DNA of 64,000 bases from Candidatus Vogelbacteria bacterium (GCA_903878275.1 CAIRHC010000007.1:78482-142481), one strand, 5' to 3'. Counted from the first letter of the stretch, positions 55,833 to 64,000 are shown. The notes: generated by a model not told the origin, from the sequence alone. Made by a program: numbers and translations.

Positions 55833-56174
55833 ATGATTAAAAAAGAAATAAAACCAAAAGTTACCTTGGAAGGTCTGAACCAGACGGTTGAGAAATTGGC
55901 TACTAGTATGATCAAGGGTTTTGCTCATACTCACGAGCTGATCGAAAATCTGGCGATCAGCACCAAGGCTGGTTTTGATAAAGTAGACGAAAGATTTGAT
56001 AAAGTGGATGAAAGATTAGATAAAGTGGAGGGGAGATTAGGTAAGGTTGAAAACGACATCACTGGCATCAAACAACGCCTGACCAGCCTAGACAACCGTC
56101 TAGACACTTTTGTCGATCACGAAAAGCGTTTGACCAAAGTCGAATCAGCCTTGAAAATTAGAGTCAAACATTAA
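55833..56174 (+). CDS. small heptad-repeat coiled-coil protein, paralog 3
   Basis: MIKKEIKPKVTLE; FDKVDER-FDKVDER-LDKVEGR-LGKVEND. Confidence 0.75.
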   Translation: MIKKEIKPKVTLEGLNQTVEKLATSMIKGFAHTHELIENLAISTKAGFDKVDERFDKVDERLDKVEGRLGKVENDITGIKQRLTSLDNRLDTFVDHEKRLTKVESALKIRVKH

Positions 56175-56183
56175 CAAAATTCC

Positions 56184-56224
56184 CCGAGGTCGAACCTTTT
56201 TGGGGATTTAAGGTTCGACCTCGG
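56184..56224. repeat. REP-derived doublet in reverse orientation
   Basis: CCGAGGTCGAACCTT-TTTGGGGATTT-AAGGTTCGACCTCGG. Confidence 0.85.
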
Positions 56225-56340
56225 CAAGATCCCCCAATATTTTTAATAAAAAATAACCATTTTAAAAATTAATTTCAAGGCTAAAACATTTCAACCCAAA
56301 ACGATTCTCGTTTGACTACGAAATGTTCGCCTAAATCAAG

Positions 56341-58110
56341 ATGAAAAAACAAATCATAATCATCGCCTCCATTTTTATCGCCATTTTTGCTCTAGCCTCC
56401 GCCTACCTCCCCGGCGTGCTAAGTAGTTCGTCAAAAAAAGCCGAAGCCGATACCGCCTCGACAGTTGACAGCCGTCTCTTGGGGTACATCTGGAGTTCAA
56501 ATATTGGTTGGGTCAAGTTAGATCCCAGCACTCCAGCTCCAAAATTTGAAGACGAAAAAAATAATGTCCGGATTATGTCCGATGGCACTGTCGTGGGCTA
56601 TGCGTGGAGCTCAAACATTGGCTGGATTAGATTTGATCCGGTTGTTGATCTTGCTATCCCCACCGCAACTCCCCCGTCTTATTCACCGATAGATGTTTAC
56701 AGTAGTAATACTTCAGTTCGGTACGACAAAGCTGCGAATAAATTTTCTGGTTGGGCAAGAGTTTGTTCGGTTTTTGTCGGTGATACTTGTGCCGGGGCAT
56801 TAAAAGACGACGTAGTCAGAGGTGGCTGGGACGGCTGGGTCCAAATGCGAAATGTAAGTATCGACTTGTCTGGGACAGAGACTGGCCAAGTAGGTTCTCT
56901 GGTTGGCTGGGCGTGGGGCGATCTAAATATCGGTTGGCTTAAATTTGACTGGAAACATATTCCTCCTGGCGGATGTACTCCAGATCCCGCCAATTGCGGT
57001 TGTTGCCCTGGTATTTCCTGTTCTTGTCCTCCACCTATTCCGACTCCGCCCAACGCCCTCTGTGTCGCCGAAGGAGGCATAAATGTGCTCGATGCGAGCG
57101 GTAATGTTGTCGGTGTTAATTTCCCTTTGAATACTCCACCAACCCCTATTGACCTTAAAGTTGGTTCTTTGTCTGGAGGAAACGGTAGTTTTGCTTATGA
57201 ATGGACACAAGACGTTGGAAATTTATCTCCCCTGATCGGAAGTTTTGATTCCGCTGTTCCCACTACGACTTTCCAGGTCTTTTATGGTACTGTCGGTGTT
57301 TACAATCCAAAAATCAAGATCACCAGCGGTGGGGCTTCAAATGAAATTGAGTGTTCTGCAAGCGGAATCACTGTTGATAATTTTTATACCTTTAATTGCG
57401 AAAACGGAATGATCACCGCCAACAGTACAACTTATTGTAATCACGAAACAGCGACGACAACACTGGCTAGTGTATTCCAAGGAGCTTCGGACTTTGCCTT
57501 TACGGCTGTTCCAGATACTGGGTATAAACTTGATGCTTGGGGAGGTTCTCTTTGTAATGGATCAGCTGCCGGCTCTAATTGTACGGACAATAACCACAAC
57601 GGTTCTTCTCAAACCATCACTGCTAGTTTTGTACCGGACACTGCAGATAGTTGTGGATTTAGTTTTAGTGATCCCAATGCCCTTGATATAAGTCTCTCTT
57701 TTGGCAACAGTCCGACGATTGGTTATTTTTATCCAAGTTCTCCTAGCAATTCTGCCACTATCATTTTCACCCCGGGTGACCCGAACTGTACAGGAGGAGT
57801 TAATTTGACAAGTAGTAATTACCCCGCTAATCCTAGCCTCGATGAACCTTTTTACGAATCACAAATGGTCTGTGCCAAGAAGGTGGGTTCCGGTTATTCA
57901 TCTTTTACGGTGGCTAATTGTACCGGTCTAAACGATGGTGGTAAGGTTGGGGTTTCAGCCAGAAGCACGGCTGATCTACAAGCTGATCTCGGTACCGCTT
58001 CGCCAATGATTAATTGTAAAATGGTAAAGATAAAAAATAAAGCGGCTGCTCCAGTTGCTGTAACCGAACAGGAAGTAAAGGTTTGTATTAACGATATAGT
58101 AATTAACTAA
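56341..58110 (+). CDS. secreted Cys-rich protein with G(Y/W)AW..NIGW repeats, in the pilus locus
   Basis: Signal peptide; GYIWSSNIGW, GYAWSSNIGW, GWAWGDLNIGW; B-repeat-like PDTGYKLDAWGG..C. Confidence 0.75.
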   Translation: MKKQIIIIASIFIAIFALASAYLPGVLSSSSKKAEADTASTVDSRLLGYIWSSNIGWVKLDPSTPAPKFEDEKNNVRIMSDGTVVGYAWSSNIGWIRFDPVVDLAIPTATPPSYSPIDVYSSNTSVRYDKAANKFSGWARVCSVFVGDTCAGALKDDVVRGGWDGWVQMRNVSIDLSGTETGQVGSLVGWAWGDLNIGWLKFDWKHIPPGGCTPDPANCGCCPGISCSCPPPIPTPPNALCVAEGGINVLDASGNVVGVNFPLNTPPTPIDLKVGSLSGGNGSFAYEWTQDVGNLSPLIGSFDSAVPTTTFQVFYGTVGVYNPKIKITSGGASNEIECSASGITVDNFYTFNCENGMITANSTTYCNHETATTTLASVFQGASDFAFTAVPDTGYKLDAWGGSLCNGSAAGSNCTDNNHNGSSQTITASFVPDTADSCGFSFSDPNALDISLSFGNSPTIGYFYPSSPSNSATIIFTPGDPNCTGGVNLTSSNYPANPSLDEPFYESQMVCAKKVGSGYSSFTVANCTGLNDGGKVGVSARSTADLQADLGTASPMINCKMVKIKNKAAAPVAVTEQEVKVCINDIVIN

Positions 58111-58115
58111 TTAAG

Positions 58116-58871
58116 ATGCTCGAGACAACCGTTCTTCTCGTTCTTGGTCTACTTATCGGCAGTTTCCTAAATGTCGTGATTCTAAGATACAACACGGGTC
58201 GCTCGCTTGGCGGGCGATCGGGTTGTCTCTCTTGCAATAAGCGTCTTCACTGGTACGAGCTTTTGCCGGTCTTTAGTTACTTGGCACAAAAAGGGAAGTG
58301 TCGTGGTTGTGCTAGTAAAATATCTATTCAATATCCGCTAGTGGAAGTTTCTACCGCAATCCTGTTTGCCTTGGTGGCGTGGCGTTTTGCCGACGATCTG
58401 GTCAATCTGATTTTCTTTTTGCTCGTGATACCAGTACTCGTGGTCTTGGTCGCTTACGACACCAAGCACAAAATCATTCCCAATTTTTTTGTTTATTTTT
58501 TTATTTTTCTGGCTTTAGTGAAAGTCTTATTGATTAGCCCGGGCTGGGATGGCTGGCTCGGGGGCTTGGTCTTGGCTGGTTTTCTTGGTTTTCTTTGGCT
58601 TGTGTCGAGCGGTCGCTGGCTCGGTTTTGGTGACGTAAAATTGGTTCTTGGTATCGGTCTGATTCTGGGCTGGCGAGGTGGCTTGTCGGCGTTGTGTCTT
58701 TCTGTCTGGATTGGTGCCGCAGTCGGTCTTATTTTAATTTTTATTGGTCGGGCGAAGTTGTTTCGTTTTCAAAAATATATTACAATGAAGAGTGAATTAC
58801 CATTTGCTCCATTTTTAGTGTTAGGATTTTTATTAAATCTTTTGTTCTCAATCAATGTTTTGCCTTTTTAA
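58116..58871 (+). CDS. pilD: prepilin peptidase
   Basis: GSFLNVVI.R, CxxC..CxxC, YPLVE, GFGDVKL, PFAPFL. Confidence 0.97.
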   Translation: MLETTVLLVLGLLIGSFLNVVILRYNTGRSLGGRSGCLSCNKRLHWYELLPVFSYLAQKGKCRGCASKISIQYPLVEVSTAILFALVAWRFADDLVNLIFFLLVIPVLVVLVAYDTKHKIIPNFFVYFFIFLALVKVLLISPGWDGWLGGLVLAGFLGFLWLVSSGRWLGFGDVKLVLGIGLILGWRGGLSALCLSVWIGAAVGLILIFIGRAKLFRFQKYITMKSELPFAPFLVLGFLLNLLFSINVLPF

Positions 58872-59553
58872 CAAAAAAATAAAGTTGAACTTTGCAAAAA
58901 AACTTGCTTCCTATGAAGGTTCGGCGGTTTACCGGGTAGTGAAAAATTCTCATTTTTCTACTGCCCGGCGGGGATTCACGGTCATCGAATTGGTCGTGGT
59001 CATCGCTATTTTTATTATTATCACCGGTATTGTCGTGGCTGATATTCCATCTTTTCAAAATAAAAGTTCGTTGGATCTGACGGTCAGTGAAGTCGCCACT
59101 TATATCCGTGGAGCGCAGGTTTATGGAGCTGTGCAAAAGGATACACCATCAGGAGTAGGAAAATCTGTTTATGGAATTAGCTTAACGCAAGGAGCTTCTG
59201 AATTTTATTTATTTCAGAATGATAAAGCACCTCTTCCGCACAAGGAAAACTACGTCATCAAAGGTTTTGATATAGCTAAGATTTGCCAGAAATCTACTGG
59301 TGGGACTGTTGATTCTTCTGCTTCTAGTTTAGACATAGTCTATACTCCAAGTAATTACGAAGTGAACATCGGGACAGCCGTCGGGGCAATTTTTTATTCT
59401 AATTTTGACGCCGATAACCCTGACGACAATAAAATGTCCGGTATCGAATATGTCGATATAAAAATTAGCAACAAAAGAAATCCCACCCTACCGGGTTGTG
59501 TGCGAGTTTATTCCAACGGGCAGGTGGCTATTACTAATTGTGATGGTTGCTAA
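58855..59553 (+). CDS. minor pilin (FimT/GspH-like)
   Basis: RRG|FTVIELVVV; leader contains palindrome 58932-58968; start uncertain. Confidence 0.85.
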   Translation: MFCLFNKKIKLNFAKKLASYEGSAVYRVVKNSHFSTARRGFTVIELVVVIAIFIIITGIVVADIPSFQNKSSLDLTVSEVATYIRGAQVYGAVQKDTPSGVGKSVYGISLTQGASEFYLFQNDKAPLPHKENYVIKGFDIAKICQKSTGGTVDSSASSLDIVYTPSNYEVNIGTAVGAIFYSNFDADNPDDNKMSGIEYVDIKISNKRNPTLPGCVRVYSNGQVAITNCDGC

Positions 59554-59569
59554 AAAAAGATTTTTAAAA

Positions 59570-60175
59570 ATGTTTAATAAAATAAAAATTAACAAAGCTG
59601 ATCGGGGAGCGGAAAAATCGGGTCTTTCTGCCGTCCGCGGTTTTACGCTTGTCGAAATGATGGTTTCGGTATCTATTTTTGTCATCGTCGCTTTTATTGT
59701 GGTCTCTACTCTTCTTACGATGTCCGCCGCTTATCGTAAAGCCCAAGCAATGCGCCTGCTTCTGGATAATTTCAACTTCGTTATTCAGTCGATGTCACTT
59801 GGTATCCGAGAGGGGGTTAATTATCGTCAGGGTAGTTTGTGTTCCACGGCAGATAGTTGCATTCAGTTTTTACCGATTGATGCTTGGATGGCAAGTCCTA
59901 TGGGGGATCCTGTCTGCTATGATTATATTTCTCCTACAATATACAAATGTACAGCTTGTCCTTGCTCTGATGTGAACACCAGAACCCAAATCGTTTCTGG
60001 CGATATCATCGTTGATAAATTACAATTTGATATTTTTAACCTTGGAGTTCCCAATAAAAAGAAATTGGTTAAGATTCGGATTGGTGGAAAAACCGGGAAG
60101 ACGTCAAAAGATCTAAGCAGCTTTTTTATCCAAAACTCTGTTTCGCAAAGAAACAAGGATGTTGCGATTCCCTAA
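59570..60175 (+). CDS. minor pilin (PilW/GspJ-like)
   Basis: ATG 59570; RG|FTLVEMMVS. Confidence 0.88.
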   Translation: MFNKIKINKADRGAEKSGLSAVRGFTLVEMMVSVSIFVIVAFIVVSTLLTMSAAYRKAQAMRLLLDNFNFVIQSMSLGIREGVNYRQGSLCSTADSCIQFLPIDAWMASPMGDPVCYDYISPTIYKCTACPCSDVNTRTQIVSGDIIVDKLQFDIFNLGVPNKKKLVKIRIGGKTGKTSKDLSSFFIQNSVSQRNKDVAIP

Positions 60176-60177
60176 AA

Positions 60178-60699
60178 ATGGCAAAAAATTATAAAAACAA
60201 AAAAAGAGGATTTACGTTGATCGAGACTTTTGTGGCGATTACGATTTTAATGATCGCCGTTCTTGGTCCGTTATCCTTACTATCTAGTGCTCTTAAAAAT
60301 GCTAGTTATGTGCAAAATGAGATTATTGCTACTTATTTGGCTCAAGAAGGTCTCGAGCTGGTGCTCGACTTAAGAAACAACGGACCGCTTTCGTATGATG
60401 GTGCCTCCGGTTATTTGAATGGGGTATTAATTAGTTTCACTACTCAAAAAGTCACCGACTATACGGGCAATATTTGTCTTAATTCCATTAGTGGTTACTA
60501 TACAGTAGCCGATGCTAATCTCTGTAATAGTGGTGACAAATCAACGATTTTTAAAAGGACAGTTACTATCCATCAGACGGTTTATGATGGCTCTCCATCA
60601 GACGGTCAATTTTGGATTTCTTCATATGTAGATATCGGTAGCCCAGCTCGAAGAGTCCAAACAAGTAATCGAATTTTTATAAATCCACCAACATCTTAA
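60178..60699 (+). CDS. minor pilin (PilV/GspI-like)
   Basis: RG|FTLIETFVA; ATYLAQEGLE. Confidence 0.88.
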   Translation: MAKNYKNKKRGFTLIETFVAITILMIAVLGPLSLLSSALKNASYVQNEIIATYLAQEGLELVLDLRNNGPLSYDGASGYLNGVLISFTTQKVTDYTGNICLNSISGYYTVADANLCNSGDKSTIFKRTVTIHQTVYDGSPSDGQFWISSYVDIGSPARRVQTSNRIFINPPTS

Positions 60700-61298
60700 T
60701 GAAACATAATTATTTTAAAAAACAAGGATTTGCCTTACTCTATGCTATTTTGATCAGCGGTGTTATTGCTATTGTGGGTATTATTTTGGTAAACATAACT
60801 ACCAAGCAAATAGTTTTTTCTTCTCTTTCTCGTAATTCTGAAATTTCTTATTATTATTTAGCTAATTCGGCACGAGAATGTTTAGAGCACTATGTTGCGC
60901 TTAACCCAGGTTATATGTTTTATAATAAGGACTGGATTGATCCTTCGAATCACCCACTTGGAACGAGAGTCATTTTTACCGACACCACATCGGCACCCTT
61001 AAAATTAAGTTGTTTTGGAACAAAATATGATGTTGAGTTATTTCTGAATAGCGCCGACCCGAACTATCCAATTTATCGCACCAATGGTAATGTCACGATC
61101 AATGATGTAGCAGGCTCTCGACAAGTAAATTTATCGGTTCAGTTTAATAGTGATTGCGTCTTAAACTTGGGTCATTGTCCAAATTCAACAGGCACCTCTT
61201 TAATTACAAAAAATAGAGCGGTCATAACAACCTATGGCCAAAACCCATCGACTGGTTCCCAAGTGACAAGGAGAACGGCCGTGGCCGCTTTTAATTAG
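60699..61298 (+). CDS. minor pilin (PilX/GspK-like)
   Basis: QG|FALLYAIL lacking Glu5; YYLANSARE. Confidence 0.8.
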   Translation: MKHNYFKKQGFALLYAILISGVIAIVGIILVNITTKQIVFSSLSRNSEISYYYLANSARECLEHYVALNPGYMFYNKDWIDPSNHPLGTRVIFTDTTSAPLKLSCFGTKYDVELFLNSADPNYPIYRTNGNVTINDVAGSRQVNLSVQFNSDCVLNLGHCPNSTGTSLITKNRAVITTYGQNPSTGSQVTRRTAVAAFN

Positions 61299-61324
61299 AG
61301 GCAAATAAGAAAAAGGCAAGGTTC

Positions 61325-61519
61325 AAAAAGGCAAGGTTCAACCTTACCTCTGGGTACCATTTGTGTTGTAATATTTTTAAGCTTAACGGGTATAAAAAAA
61401 GGCAAGGTTCAACCTTACCTCTGGGTACCATTTGTGTTGTAATATTTAAAACTGTTTCGAAGGTAGGAAAAAGGCAAGGTTCAACCTTACCTCTGGGTAC
61501 CATTTGTGTTGTAATATTT
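61325..61519 (+). repeat. three identical 52-bp direct repeats of the RAYT-end element with 19-20-bp spacers
   Basis: AAAAAGGCAAGGTTCAACCTTACCTCTGGGTACCATTTGTGTTGTAATATTT at 61325, 61396 and 61468. Confidence 0.9.
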
Positions 61520-61525
61520 TTAAGC

Positions 61526-61768
61526 TTAACGGGTATAAAAAATCTTTTTCAATTTGTCATCGCTAAAACATCTCTCCAGTGAACGTAAAATAGATTTTAG
61601 CGTTCCTCGATCAAGCTCTTCGTGCAGGGGAATAGTTATGAAATAAGCCACTTTACCGACTTTCATTACTAATCTGGCGTGGCTACCTTTTTGTCTAATT
61701 TTCAAAAAACCTTCGGCGAGAAGAATTTGCAATAGGTTTTTACCAGAAATTCTGCGAAGTTTAGGCAT
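61526..61768 (-). CDS. hicA: HicA-family toxin
   Basis: GF..RQKGSH...IPLHEEL.RGTLKSIL. Confidence 0.9.
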   Translation of the reverse strand: MPKLRRISGKNLLQILLAEGFLKIRQKGSHARLVMKVGKVAYFITIPLHEELDRGTLKSILRSLERCFSDDKLKKIFYTR

Positions 61769-61988
61769 GAGCGATTTCCGAAAAATCCATATTCATCATC
61801 ACTGGTGGAAAAGCATTTTTGATGTTTTTACCAGAAAAATCGTCAAGGCTGATTTCGATTGCCTCACGAATATTATTAAGAAGATCTTCAAAAGTTTTCC
61901 CTTGCGTAATTATTGCCAGACTATCTGCCGATGCAACGTAAAAACCATCTTCTCCTTTTGAAATTTGAAAGGTAACAATCTTGTTCAT
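61761..61988 (-). CDS. hicB: HicB-family antitoxin (short)
   Basis: ATG 61988; DGFYVA...TQGKTFEDLLNNIREAI. Confidence 0.88.
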   Translation of the reverse strand: MNKIVTFQISKGEDGFYVASADSLAIITQGKTFEDLLNNIREAIEISLDDFSGKNIKNAFPPVMMNMDFSEIAHA

Positions 61989-62086
61989 AAGATGTATATT
62001 ATCACACAAAAGTAAGGTAAATCAAGCTAGCTTAACTACGTATTTGCAAATTTCCTATTTTTTCTTGTTTTCTCTATAATTAGCAG

Positions 62087-64000
62087 ATGGTAGGAGATGT
62101 TTATAAAAAAGCTAAAGCACGGGCGGAAAAGCTCCGGGAGATTTTAAACCATCACCGGCATCTTTATCACGTGGAGGATAAGCCGGAAATTTCTGATCAA
62201 GCTTATGATTCAATGGAGGAGGAGCTCCGGCTTTTGGAAGAGCGGTTTCCGGATTTGGTGACGCCGGATTCACCGACCCAACGCGTGTCTGGCAAACCAC
62301 TAGATAAATTTGAAAAAATTACGCACACTGTGGCGCAATGGTCTTTTAATGATGCTTTTACGCCGGATGATTTGCGCGATTTTGACAAACGGGTGAAGAG
62401 GATGCTGGGGACGCCGGCATTTTTGCCGGGGGCAAAAATGCCGGCCGAACCGACTTATGTTTGCGAATTAAAAATTGACGGTTTGCACACCGTTCTAACT
62501 TACAAAAATGGTTTGCTGGAAACGGCGGCGACTCGCGGTGATGGCGTGGTGGGAGAAAATGTGACCGCCAACGTCCGGACTATCGAAAGTGTCCCGCTTC
62601 GTTTGAAAGAACCGGTCTCGATTGTTGCCGAAGGTGAGATTTGGCTAGGCTTGGATCAAATGCAAAAAATAAATGCCGAGCGGAAAAAAAATGGCGAACC
62701 AGAATTTGCTAATCCACGTAATGCCGCCGCCGGCACAATCCGTCAACTTGATTCGCGGGTTGTCGCGGGGCGCAAACTCGATACTTTTATTTATGATCTG
62801 TCGGCTGGTGAAAATCCCGACACGCAAGTCGCCGAGCTGAAGCGTCTTGAAAAGTTGGGTTTTAAGGTGAACAAAGAATTTGCCGAATGCAAAAATATTG
62901 AAGAGGCAATTAAGTTTTGGCAAAAATGGCAAAAGAAAAAAGATACGCAAGATTTTTTGATTGACGGTATTGTGGTCAAGGTCAACGAAAGATATTTTCA
63001 GGAAAAATTGGGTTATACCGGCAAAGCGCCGAGATTTGCCATTGCTTTTAAATTTCCTGCCGAACAGGCGACGACCGTGGTGGAAAGTATTGTGTTGCAA
63101 GTCGGTCGGCAGGGAAATATCACACCAGTCGCCAATCTTCGCCCAGTTTTACTTGCTGGCTCGACGGTCTCGCGGGCGACCTTGCATAATGAAGATGAAA
63201 TAAAACGACTTGATGTCCGTGTCGGCGATACGGTGATTTTGCAAAAAGCGGGCGATGTAATTCCCGACATTGTGCAAGTCTTGCCAGAGCTTCGTACCGG
63301 TAAAGAAAAAGTTTTTAAATGGCCAGATCAGCTTGAAGCTTGCTTGCCCGTCGGAGTTTCGACGAATAGGGGCGGTGGGGCGATCGAAAGAATTACCGGA
63401 CAGTCGGCGTGGCGTTGTGTTAATAAAAATTCTTTTGCGCAACAAAAACGAAAGTTTTATCATTTTGCTTCGAAGGGTGCGTTTAATATTGAAAAGCTCG
63501 GTCCGAAAATTATTGATGTGTTACTGGAAAATAAATTGCTATCTAGTTATGAAGATATTTTTAGTTTAAAAAAAGGGGATTTGCTGGCTTTGCCAAGATT
63601 TGCGGAAAAATCGGTGGAAAATTTGCTCGGGGCGATAGAAGAACGACGAGAAATTACTTTGCCGAGATTTATTGTGGCGATGTCAATTCCCAATGTTGGC
63701 GAAGAAACCGCCGAAGATTTAGCGGAGCATTTTGAGACACTAGAAAAAATTGCCGAAGCGAAACTTGAAGAATTGCAAGCGATCGAAGGTATCGGTGGTG
63801 TTGTTGCCCAGTCGGTTTTTGATTGGTTTCGTCAAAAAGAAAATAAAAAACTAGTGTCTAATTTACTAAACAAAATAAAGCTCATTTTCCCCGAAACTAA
63901 GTTTCGGGGAAAGGGGAAACTGGCTGGACAGACTTTTGTTCTGACTGGCACATTACCAACTTTATCTCGTGATGAAGCAAAAGAATTAATCAGGAAAAAT
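62087..64000 (+). CDS. ligA: NAD-dependent DNA ligase (runs off the window end; absent from the ORF track)
   Basis: ATG 62087; PEISDQAYD, ELKIDG, ATRGDG, NPRNAAAG, AFKFPAE, ATLHN, start of BRCT (FVLTGTL). Confidence 0.97.
   Translation, partial: MVGDVYKKAKARAEKLREILNHHRHLYHVEDKPEISDQAYDSMEEELRLLEERFPDLVTPDSPTQRVSGKPLDKFEKITHTVAQWSFNDAFTPDDLRDFDKRVKRMLGTPAFLPGAKMPAEPTYVCELKIDGLHTVLTYKNGLLETAATRGDGVVGENVTANVRTIESVPLRLKEPVSIVAEGEIWLGLDQMQKINAERKKNGEPEFANPRNAAAGTIRQLDSRVVAGRKLDTFIYDLSAGENPDTQVAELKRLEKLGFKVNKEFAECKNIEEAIKFWQKWQKKKDTQDFLIDGIVVKVNERYFQEKLGYTGKAPRFAIAFKFPAEQATTVVESIVLQVGRQGNITPVANLRPVLLAGSTVSRATLHNEDEIKRLDVRVGDTVILQKAGDVIPDIVQVLPELRTGKEKVFKWPDQLEACLPVGVSTNRGGGAIERITGQSAWRCVNKNSFAQQKRKFYHFASKGAFNIEKLGPKIIDVLLENKLLSSYEDIFSLKKGDLLALPRFAEKSVENLLGAIEERREITLPRFIVAMSIPNVGEETAEDLAEHFETLEKIAEAKLEELQAIEGIGGVVAQSVFDWFRQKENKKLVSNLLNKIKLIFPETKFRGKGKLAGQTFVLTGTLPTLSRDEAKELIRKN

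Noticed and set aside
61325-61519. CRISPR array
   Set aside because: Repeat is 52 bp and spacers only 19-20 bp; one spacer duplicates the flank; no cas genes in the window; the repeat matches the RAYT-end element.

Overview
This window is from a Patescibacteria (CPR, Parcubacteria-like) chromosome. The evidence is an S10/spc cluster without rpmD, AT-rich start regions mostly without a Shine-Dalgarno, many apparently leaderless genes, and genetic code 11. Core genes: rplV..secY, adk, map, ndk, infC-rpmI-rplT, smpB, tmRNA, ftsH, recG, tRNA-Ile(UAU), tRNA-Ser(GCU), comF, a type IV pilus locus (pilM/N/O/P-like, pilB, pilT, pilC, 8 pilins, pilD) and the start of ligA. Accessory genes: modular secreted surface proteins, MNT-HEPN and HicAB toxin-antitoxin pairs, a NYN RNase, an ImmA/IrrE peptidase, and a ferric reductase/cytochrome b5 pair. 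The most notable structure is a REP-associated tyrosine transposase (RAYT) inside the pilin array. Its two ends carry a ~42-bp element (REP hairpin plus extended -10 promoter) that recurs next to toxin-antitoxin genes elsewhere in the window. Several palindrome families are nested inside each other and inserted in frame in prepilin leaders, recG, ligA and the ferric reductase; one lies inside tmRNA. Other candidates: poly-G promoters that may phase-vary surface proteins, a DnaA-box-like motif at surface/pilus promoters, a 6S-like ncRNA and a small RNA convergent on the NYN gene. All calls come from reading the sequence by eye; no database searches were run.
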